Origin: a virus
Taxonomy: Duplodnaviria; Heunggongvirae; Uroviricota; Caudoviricetes
Direction: 5' to 3' (one strand)
Virus record (IMG/VR): IMGVR_UViG_2706796290_000001
Span: 34,171-98,170 of that record
DNA length: 64,000 nt
Shown: positions 57,336 to 64,000 of the stretch, piece after piece
Layout of the letters: the number at the start of each line of letters is the position of its first letter
How positions within the stretch are numbered: the stretch's first letter is position 1
Notes under the pieces: model-generated
Database searches by the model: none
Told to the model about the DNA's origin: nothing
The model's input: the letters and a program-made list of their open reading frames with translations, nothing else
Translations under genes and position numbers: made by a program

Positions 57336-57557
57336 ATGAAATCAGACGGGAAATACGATATGACATACTCACTAATTAACATGAATAAATGTGATGTAAC
57401 TGCAATAGAAGTGATTTATAAAGGAGGTAAACGGCGTATATTCAACCTTAAAAATAAAGTTTATCGTTCTGATGCTATAGACTTACAAACAAAGTTAGAG
57501 AATTATAACAACGTATTCCGTGTGAATTGTCATACAACATTAAACCACTATATATGA
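57336..57557 (+). CDS. Hypothetical protein
   Basis: ATG 57336. Confidence 0.4.
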   Translation: MKSDGKYDMTYSLINMNKCDVTAIEVIYKGGKRRIFNLKNKVYRSDAIDLQTKLENYNNVFRVNCHTTLNHYI

Positions 57558-57569
57558 GGATACAACACA

Positions 57570-57776
57570 ATGTTAATCATTAACCGTTATAAATGCCCTA
57601 TATCAGGTAAAACTTCGATATGTGCTCATAAAGTTACTAACATGAAAGTGATTAAATCATATAAGCCATGTGATGAATCATTCATTGAGATGTTATCACA
57701 AGGACATAAGCAATTTCTATTGTGTGATGTTCCTAGTTATAGTATGTTATCTAAAATCAATATTGTTAAAAGTTAA
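57570..57776 (+). CDS. Hypothetical Cys-containing small protein
   Basis: 68 aa. C-x-I-S...C...C...C. Confidence 0.35.
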   Translation: MLIINRYKCPISGKTSICAHKVTNMKVIKSYKPCDESFIEMLSQGHKQFLLCDVPSYSMLSKINIVKS

Positions 57777-57790
57777 TTGTGAGTATATGT

Positions 57791-57973
57791 ATGAAATTTT
57801 ACAATGTTGTTCAAAGTGAAAAAATAGGTGCAAATGTTTATGGTATACGTGCCAAATCTGAAGCAGATGCAATTGAGAAGGTTTATAATAAAACTGGTGT
57901 AAAATGCCTATATGCTTTTGTTAGTAGCTTTTATGGAGTAGGTATGACTAATCGAACAGATTTGCTTAATTAA
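57791..57973 (+). CDS. Hypothetical small protein
   Basis: ATG 57791. Confidence 0.35.
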   Translation: MKFYNVVQSEKIGANVYGIRAKSEADAIEKVYNKTGVKCLYAFVSSFYGVGMTNRTDLLN

Positions 57974-57983
57974 ATCGGAGTAT

Positions 57984-58226
57984 ATGAAAATGATTGAAGT
58001 AATTAAAACGGTTAATTGTGAAAACAGCAATACAATTTTTGGATTCAATAGTGAAAATGTTTATTATACGGTTACAGTGAACAATAACGGTGATTATTGG
58101 TTGCAATTATCAGGGAGCTATTCCTTCGGTAATCATGGGCATGAAAAGATACTTTCGCATATTAAAAGTATAGGAATTGTTTTACGTGAAAATGTAACTG
58201 CTAAAAAGTATTTTAGCAAAGCATAG
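57984..58226 (+). CDS. Hypothetical small protein
   Basis: 80 aa. Confidence 0.35.
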   Translation: MKMIEVIKTVNCENSNTIFGFNSENVYYTVTVNNNGDYWLQLSGSYSFGNHGHEKILSHIKSIGIVLRENVTAKKYFSKA

Positions 58227-58259
58227 TGTTATATTAAGTTTAATTTTGGAGTGTTTAAA

Positions 58260-58469
58260 ATGATTAAATCGTTCAATAAAGATGGCAAATATTACTACTG
58301 CAAAACAGATCTAAATAGTTGGTCGCAGTGGGCTTGTCGTCATGAAGACGGATTAGAAACATTTGCTAAAGTAAGTGTATCATCATACAAATTGAAAAGA
58401 CAAAATGTAATAGATGCAATTGATAATGTAGAAAATCGTTATTCAAATGATGAGATGATTAGTAGCTAA
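58260..58469 (+). CDS. Hypothetical small protein
   Basis: ATG 58260 after GGAG. Confidence 0.35.
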   Translation: MIKSFNKDGKYYYCKTDLNSWSQWACRHEDGLETFAKVSVSSYKLKRQNVIDAIDNVENRYSNDEMISS

Positions 58470-58487
58470 ACTTTATCTTTACCTTAC

Positions 58488-58511
58488 AGCGCCGTCATTG
58501 GCGCTTTTTTA
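58488..58511 (+). terminator. Rho-independent terminator
   Basis: AGCGCC-GTCATT-GGCGCT followed by TTTTTT. Confidence 0.6.
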
Positions 58512-58540
58512 TTGTCTGGATAAACAATTAAAAAATAGTA

Positions 58541-58568
58541 TTGCAGTCTTTTATTTTTTATGTATAAT
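58541..58568 (+). promoter_or_regulatory. Sigma70-like promoter
   Basis: TTGCAG-N16-TATAAT upstream of ATG 58606. Confidence 0.45.
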
Positions 58569-58605
58569 CAGTCTTAGAAACAACAAACATTGTAGAGATT
58601 CCCAA

Positions 58606-58935
58606 ATGGCTAAATTACTTGTAATTAAAACAACACAAGCAATAATCTATGTTGCAAATGGTAAAGTTACACTAGTTAAAAATGCCTTAAATGGTCGTTT
58701 TATGAAAATCGCTAAATTTGCCAATATTGTGGACAATTTGATTGTAGCTGCTAAAAAAGCTAATTCTGCTATTAGCCAACACAAGACTTTTTATTACAAC
58801 ATAGAAACAAAATTAGCTCTACGTAAATTTAAAAGTTTAGCTAAAATGGCTACTGCATTACTGGGTGATGTGTTGGTGCATGTAAGCCGTAACTATAGAC
58901 ACACGGGTTTTGATTTTACTTTGCTATCTATGTAA
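58606..58935 (+). CDS. Hypothetical protein
   Basis: ATG 58606. 109 aa. Confidence 0.4.
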   Translation: MAKLLVIKTTQAIIYVANGKVTLVKNALNGRFMKIAKFANIVDNLIVAAKKANSAISQHKTFYYNIETKLALRKFKSLAKMATALLGDVLVHVSRNYRHTGFDFTLLSM

Positions 58936-58981
58936 TCTTAAGTAGTATACATTAACAACATTCTATATAAGGATTAATACA

Positions 58982-59170
58982 ATGAGTATTAAACAGCATG
59001 TAGGCGGTTTTCTCTTCACGTTCGGCCTAGTAGTAGCTCTAGGGTTATTCTATAGTGCCGTTGCTGAAGGTAATAATCTTAAAGATACACTCTTATCAGT
59101 CCTTTTCGGTTTAGCCCTTGTGTGGGCTATTGTAAAGGCTTTCAAAAAAGAAATTATGCGGGGGTGTTAA
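58982..59170 (+). CDS. Small membrane protein (2 TM)
   Basis: FLFTFGLVVALGLFYSAV...LFGLALVWAIV. Confidence 0.4.
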   Translation: MSIKQHVGGFLFTFGLVVALGLFYSAVAEGNNLKDTLLSVLFGLALVWAIVKAFKKEIMRGC

Positions 59171-59171
59171 A

Positions 59172-59528
59172 ATGGATTTTATACAAGAGAGATCAAAACC
59201 TGAATCAATTCAATGTAGCTTCTATGCTGACATAGGCACTACAAGTAACCCACAAGAATCTGTAACGGTGCATATCAAAGTTTTATACTCTAGTGTCATC
59301 ACTCAATTGGGAAATGAAGGGTTATCATTTGAAGCATATCATAAAGAAGATGATTACGGGTATAAGGTCCTATTTTGTGCTTTTAAGGATTATCTAGCAG
59401 AAGCTGAATTAATTATTAAGTGTAAGGATGATGTAGATAGTGTAGCTCTAATTGAATTGGCATTAGACTACATCGGAGCGGGTGCCCTTAAGTATGTTGT
59501 TAGTGAACGCTATATAGAAGCTCTATAA
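59172..59528 (+). CDS. Hypothetical protein
   Basis: 118 aa. Confidence 0.4.
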   Translation: MDFIQERSKPESIQCSFYADIGTTSNPQESVTVHIKVLYSSVITQLGNEGLSFEAYHKEDDYGYKVLFCAFKDYLAEAELIIKCKDDVDSVALIELALDYIGAGALKYVVSERYIEAL

Positions 59529-59836
59529 TTAATTTTATCTAATAAGGCTGCCTTTATAGGTGGCCTTTTTTATTGCCTAAAATAAATCAGAAAGGTTTTG
59601 CCTTAAGGGGTTTTATGTGTGGGGTGTTAGCACTACCTATAAATACTCCATGTCATGTGTGGTTATTTCCTCATAGAATCGCTCAGGTTTAACAGTGGCG
59701 GTGTGTAGTAGGGGTATACATTGGGGTTATCTCTCATGGCTATAGTGGCCCAAATATATTCATAGGCCCTAGATATTTTAGGATTTTAGGACCGAAAAAT
59801 AAGCCCGCCACCCCCATGGTTTAGTGGGTTGTCGAA

Positions 59837-59944
59837 CCCCCGAAGGATAACCCTCAAGAACAACCCTCAAGAAACCCCCGAAGGATAACCCTCAAGAACA
59901 ACCCTAAAGGTACAACCCCGAAGGATAACCCTCAAGAACAACCC
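59837..59944. repeat. Iteron-like repeats, GGATAACC core (right cluster)
   Basis: CCCCGAAGGATAACCCTCAAGAACAACCC at 59837, 59875 and 59916, with 38-41 nt period. Confidence 0.65.
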
Positions 59945-60062
59945 CACCAGATATTTTGAAAGGCTTCCCAAAACTTCAATTTCGAAAAGCCAACCTTAAA
60001 AATTTTTTTATAAAAATCCACTAACCTAAAACTCAATCCTCAACAGATACCTCATAATTTTC

Positions 60063-60284
60063 CTAAAACATAAATTTTGTGTGCTTAGTGATAACAACCC
60101 AATACCAAAAAGAACACATAAATAGAATTAACGTTGGTATAAATGTTATGAAAAGAAGACTGATAGAATCTAACACATACTTATCTTGAATGAATTTGAT
60201 GCAAAATATCCAAGCCTTCGTAAATAACACCACAAAGCAAAGATAGAACGATGCAATACCAAACATTAATAAAAAATCTATCAT
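60063..60284 (-). CDS. Small membrane protein (2-3 TM)
   Basis: 73 aa, hydrophobic. Confidence 0.35.
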   Translation of the reverse strand: MIDFLLMFGIASFYLCFVVLFTKAWIFCIKFIQDKYVLDSISLLFITFIPTLILFMCSFWYWVVITKHTKFMF

Positions 60285-60524
60285 TTAATTTTCCTCTTTA
60301 ATTACTGTGCCAAGAACCTTGAGTTCACCATTTCTGTAGCTATTATATTTACCATTAGACCAATGAACCTTCCACCATATCATATTCTCATCATCACTTT
60401 CACGTGTCACTCTAACCACTTCACCAACGATACCTCTTGGGTTGTCTGGGTAGTTTTCTTCCCAGTATGGACTTAGAGGGTCTAGTGTAACTTTTGCACC
60501 AACAAATAATTTACGGCTCATCAA
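60285..60524 (-). CDS. Minus-strand paralog family member (WSNG family)
   Basis: VGAKVTL...HWSNGKYNSY...LKVLG. Confidence 0.5.
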   Translation of the reverse strand: MMSRKLFVGAKVTLDPLSPYWEENYPDNPRGIVGEVVRVTRESDDENMIWWKVHWSNGKYNSYRNGELKVLGTVIKEEN

Positions 60525-60762
60525 CTACCACTCCTAGAATCTTCAGATCTTCAGCATCGTATCCATTATACTTCCCATTACTCCAATGTACACCAATCCT
60601 TAAATCACCACCTGTTTCATAAAAGTCCCATATTTTCCAAACAAGACCAGATATACCTGAAGGGTTAAAAGAGTGTTCAGGTGCCTCATTATTGAAGTAC
60701 TGTGAGTTCCTAGCTATTGTTACCTTAGTGCCAATTTCAAAGTCTTCCAATTTATTAGCCAT
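60511..60762 (-). CDS. Minus-strand paralog family member
   Basis: IGTKVTI...HWSNGKYNGY...LKILG. Confidence 0.5.
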   Translation of the reverse strand: MANKLEDFEIGTKVTIARNSQYFNNEAPEHSFNPSGISGLVWKIWDFYETGGDLRIGVHWSNGKYNGYDAEDLKILGVVVDEP

Positions 60763-60997
60763 CGACCACCACTCCTAAAACCTTTAAGTCACCATCTTGG
60801 TAGGTGTTAGATTCACCATTACTCCACTTAACTCCCCACCAGATTTCATCTTCCTCTTCATCCTCAGCAGCAATACCAGTTACAACACCTGCAATATCTG
60901 ATGGATTTCTATAATAATTCCCATAATAAATACTCTTTGAGTCAATGGTGACTTTTGCCCCAATGAACAATTTCCGATCTCCCTCTACTATTACCAT
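60755..60997 (-). CDS. Minus-strand paralog family member
   Basis: IGAKVTI...KWSNGESNTY...LKVLG. Confidence 0.5.
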   Translation of the reverse strand: MVIVEGDRKLFIGAKVTIDSKSIYYGNYYRNPSDIAGVVTGIAAEDEEEDEIWWGVKWSNGESNTYQDGDLKVLGVVVDG

Positions 60998-61560
60998 GTT
61001 GGCAAACCCTCCACAAACTGTTTACACCAATGTACTTGACCAAGTGTCCAAGAATCATAGAAAGGTATCTCTCCAAATCTTGAGTGCAACTTTACTTCAA
61101 GCTTATCTTCCCAGTCTCCATTTCTCGACAGAATCTTCCAACCATAAATAAAGAAGTGTTCGCCATCAAAGACCAAAGAACCAATCCCACACTCATTAGT
61201 TCTTAAGTCACGCACTTCCAATAAATCACCAACATAAAGTGGACCACGCTCAAATAGATTGATTTTTGAGTAAGTTCCAATTCTACCTAAATGGTAAATA
61301 TCTCCATGTATGTTTGTATATAGTTCTCCAAAATTATAACCTTGACCAAGAACTTTTAAATCAACCGCATCGTATGAATTTCTTTGACCATTATCCCACT
61401 GAACTTGGTAGGGTAAATGACATACTTTATAACCATCCAGTTCATTCCTAATGACTACTCCAGCGATTCCTTGGGGATTGTTGAACATACCCTCATCATT
61501 CCACCACTCAGATTCTTTACTTAAGGTTACTTTTGTCCCAATTACAATTTCTTTGTGCAC
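60991..61560 (-). CDS. Minus-strand paralog family member with about 110-aa C-terminal extension
   Basis: IGTKVTL...QWDNGQRNSY...LKVLG plus extra domain (YVGDLLEV...). Confidence 0.5.
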   Translation of the reverse strand: MHKEIVIGTKVTLSKESEWWNDEGMFNNPQGIAGVVIRNELDGYKVCHLPYQVQWDNGQRNSYDAVDLKVLGQGYNFGELYTNIHGDIYHLGRIGTYSKINLFERGPLYVGDLLEVRDLRTNECGIGSLVFDGEHFFIYGWKILSRNGDWEDKLEVKLHSRFGEIPFYDSWTLGQVHWCKQFVEGLPTW

Positions 61561-61581
61561 AACAATCTCCTATTCCTATTC

Positions 61582-62139
61582 CTATTCAACACCAGTCACA
61601 CCATCTAGTGTGTCTCGAACTGTAAATTTAGGTCCGTAATCAGGTTCTTTATGAAATGATTCATGTTTTTCATAACTAACATCATCCCAAGTGTTGCCAT
61701 TTAGTGTTGCTGACTTATAGCCCATAACAAAGTAACCCTTCTTAGTTTTAACTACAGGATGAATTCTAGGAACATCGTCTTTAAAGCCTATCTTAACCAA
61801 ATCACCAACAAACAGAGGTAATCTATCAGTGCCAACCAGAGGTGTTGCTTCACCGATATTGCCATAGAACTCATCAGCGTAAAGAGTATTTTTCTTGATA
61901 AGGTATTTCGGAAGGGTGGTTTGACCTAAAACCTTCAGTTCGTCTGCCTTATAGTAATTAGTTTCACCATTAGACCATTTAACTACAAAGCACAGTCTCA
62001 GCTTGTCATTTATTGAAATGACCTGCCCATGAGTACCTATTGGGTTCCAAGGTGATGACTCACCATTTTCATCAATGATAGCCCAACGACTGCTCTTCTC
62101 TAAAGTAACTTTAGTTCCAACCTTAATTATCTTTTCCAT
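61582..62139 (-). CDS. Minus-strand paralog family member with about 110-aa C-terminal extension
   Basis: VGTKVTL...KWSNGETNYY...LKVLG plus extra domain (FVGDLVKI...). Confidence 0.5.
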   Translation of the reverse strand: MEKIIKVGTKVTLEKSSRWAIIDENGESSPWNPIGTHGQVISINDKLRLCFVVKWSNGETNYYKADELKVLGQTTLPKYLIKKNTLYADEFYGNIGEATPLVGTDRLPLFVGDLVKIGFKDDVPRIHPVVKTKKGYFVMGYKSATLNGNTWDDVSYEKHESFHKEPDYGPKFTVRDTLDGVTGVE

Positions 62140-62154
62140 AACAACCTCTCATGT

Positions 62155-62547
62155 TTACTTACCAGTTCGCACTAAATAACTTGTAAATTTACCTATGCGC
62201 TTTTTGCCCTTAGAACTACCTTGGTTCTCTCTACATATTTTTAGTTTACCTTTTTTAATAAGATACTTCAAGTCTTGATCAATGTACCACTGCCATTTAA
62301 TATTAATCCACAACCTTACAGGTTCACTGGAGGTCTCATAGCGAATATCTTGATTAAACCACTCCATAATTAATTTACGTCTTGGTGCACCAAAAGGCAT
62401 ATGCCACCACATACGCATACCTTGTGCACGAGCCTCAGTGAAACAACTCTTATTTTCTCCCAAGGAACTTAGAATTTTCTCTAAATAAAATTCCTTCTGG
62501 ATATCCTTTAAAGTTTTTTCCATAACAAACCTCCACAAAAAAGCCAC
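62155..62547 (-). CDS. Hypothetical basic protein
   Basis: 130 aa with W-rich segment. Confidence 0.35.
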   Translation of the reverse strand: MAFLWRFVMEKTLKDIQKEFYLEKILSSLGENKSCFTEARAQGMRMWWHMPFGAPRRKLIMEWFNQDIRYETSSEPVRLWINIKWQWYIDQDLKYLIKKGKLKICRENQGSSKGKKRIGKFTSYLVRTGK

Positions 62548-62574
62548 CTTACGGTGGCCTCTATTCTAACTTAC

Positions 62575-62832
62575 TTAGTTTTCTTCTTCAAGACTTTCAA
62601 TTTCCTCACCAGAAATATGTCGCACTAATTCCCAGTATTGCTGGTAGAATTCTTTTCGTCCTAACTTACACATTTCCAAAATTTGTTCTTCGGCTTGTGG
62701 TTCGGTTAGACCTTCGTTTTCCATCAGCAAGTATTTCAATACTGAAATCTCCATCAGTAACTTATCCTTTGCAGCTTTGTTACGAATGTCTTCCAGAACG
62801 GTTAAAACTTTTTCTTCAAACACTTGACTCAT
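62575..62832 (-). CDS. Hypothetical small acidic protein
   Basis: 85 aa. Confidence 0.35.
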   Translation of the reverse strand: MSQVFEEKVLTVLEDIRNKAAKDKLLMEISVLKYLLMENEGLTEPQAEEQILEMCKLGRKEFYQQYWELVRHISGEEIESLEEEN

Positions 62833-63968
62833 TTTGACTCCTTAATTTTTAATTTCACATCTTTCATTTGTTCAAATCCCCAGTAGGTACTCACCTGATC
62901 AAAAGGCATACCCCCACCGCCATTTACAATTTGATCACCAATTTCAAAACCTTTGCCTTTGAAATTTAATAAGTATTTGTACCGACTTAAGCCATAGTAA
63001 CTACTTCCATATCGATGAGCAGTGTCAATATTATGTTCTCGCAATACTTCACTATAGTCAAATCCTTTTGCACTGAACTGATATAGAGCACCAGCTTTAA
63101 AACTTTTCACAGCATCATGGTTAAACACAGTTCCACCATCTTTTGGTTCTATATACACCGACTTACTCTTGTACTGTGCAATTCTCCCATCTGTACTGAC
63201 AAAAGTCAACAACTTCGGCATATCTAATGTTCCAGTTGTTTGTGAGGTATTTACGGTATCACCAATGATTACTCTTTCGTCAGCACCCCAACCCTTACCT
63301 TCAACATAAACCTCTTTTTCATCATATACATACCCTCCACCTGAGAACGTGTATATACCTTTAGAGAAAACTTGGTAGGTGTTATGCTTTCTAGGTACGC
63401 TGAAAATATGAATTTCTCCAACAGTTCCAACAGCTTCTAATTCATGTCTACCAACGTATACCCAATCAACATCATTTTCCTTGTAACCTTTAGGTAGGCT
63501 TACAACCATACCTTCAACAAGTTTGATTGACTTATTTAATTTTTTACTGGCATTAGCTTGTCGAGTTTCAGCATCAAGCTTGTTCATTTCTGGCTCTAGA
63601 GAACTTCCCTCAGAAAAGATACTCCACTTACCATTCATGTTGTAAAACATCTTATACTTACCGTTAAGCTCTCCACCTTTAGAGCAACCATCTGCACGTA
63701 GCACTTCAAGTAAATTCGAGGTGTAGATTTCAAAGCTGTAACCATTAGAATGTCGAATAACAATGTACTCAGCTTCTGTTTGCCAACGACTTGAAGTCGT
63801 AATAAATTTAAATCCGTGCGTAAAATCATTTGTAAATTCATGCTGAGTTAGAGACTCTAATGGAACACGATCACTATAACGATCACCTCTAGCCCAATTT
63901 AAAGCTGTACTTTGGCGTTTTTCAAAAGTTGCCTGTGTTGTATTCACTTCTTCATCTGGCTTAGGCAC
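62829..63968 (-). CDS. Hypothetical protein (possibly 5'-truncated by window edge)
   Basis: 379-aa ORF. The frame stays open upstream of the annotated GTG to the window end. Confidence 0.4.
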   Translation of the reverse strand: MPKPDEEVNTTQATFEKRQSTALNWARGDRYSDRVPLESLTQHEFTNDFTHGFKFITTSSRWQTEAEYIVIRHSNGYSFEIYTSNLLEVLRADGCSKGGELNGKYKMFYNMNGKWSIFSEGSSLEPEMNKLDAETRQANASKKLNKSIKLVEGMVVSLPKGYKENDVDWVYVGRHELEAVGTVGEIHIFSVPRKHNTYQVFSKGIYTFSGGGYVYDEKEVYVEGKGWGADERVIIGDTVNTSQTTGTLDMPKLLTFVSTDGRIAQYKSKSVYIEPKDGGTVFNHDAVKSFKAGALYQFSAKGFDYSEVLREHNIDTAHRYGSSYYGLSRYKYLLNFKGKGFEIGDQIVNGGGGMPFDQVSTYWGFEQMKDVKLKIKESK

Positions 63969-64000
63969 AAAGAAAGAAATGTCACGTGTACCATGTTTTA

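Noticed and set aside
59529-59580. Possible terminator after 59172..59528 (AAGGCTGCCTTTATAGGTGGCCTTTTTTATT).
   Set aside because: The flanking GGCTGCC and GGTGGCC segments are not complementary, so there is no convincing stem despite the T-tract.

Overview
This window looks like a segment of a large tailed-phage genome, roughly 40% GC with AGGAG-type ribosome-binding sites. Reading left to right it contains five blocks.

(1) Late structural and lysis module on the + strand (1-11.9 kb). It holds the C-terminal part of a tape-measure protein, then a Mu/P2-type baseplate gene order (hub, spike V, W/gp25-like, J, I), a tail fiber, and a collagen-like repeat fiber. A GH24 endolysin with a PG_binding_1 domain closes the block.

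(2) Nucleotide-metabolism and replication module (12-36 kb), unusually rich in self-splicing and selfish elements. The ribonucleotide reductase large subunit carries a LAGLIDADG intein at its active-site Cys. A nrdB-like gene is split by an apparent group I intron that carries an HNH homing endonuclease. A T7-like DNA polymerase holds a 149-aa mini-intein in motif B. A PhoH ATPase is interrupted by a 330-aa intein inside its Walker A motif. A free-standing HNH endonuclease is also present. The rest of the module comprises a primase-helicase, a T7 gp2.5-like SSB, 5'-3' and 3'-5' exonucleases, an AAA ATPase, a dCMP deaminase, and a divergent ThyX-family protein in which the RHR motif is replaced by THK.

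(3) Small-gene array (39-53 kb) with more than 20 tandem paralogs of a 65-150 aa KOW/SH3-like family (VGDKVxV ... GIKVGDVAKV ... NPxW). One copy carries an in-frame TAA. Embedded in the array is an insulated MoxR-like AAA+ ATPase plus partner cassette with its own promoter and terminator. An SPFH lipoprotein and a dCMP deaminase also sit here.

(4) A repeat-rich 1-kb noncoding region and two clusters of GGATAACC-core iteron-like repeats (54.1 kb and 59.8 kb). These bracket a lower-GC (~30%) island of about 13 very small genes with its own promoters and terminators.

(5) A second family of 5 tandem paralogs on the minus strand (60.3-62.1 kb), followed by minus-strand hypotheticals.

A promoter family (AAAAGTNGTTGACA-N17-TAnnnT) recurs, some copies carrying a conserved inverted repeat. 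Palindromic terminators with a CCTGAAGGAATTCCTTCAGG core also recur. I found no rRNA, tRNA or CRISPR array.
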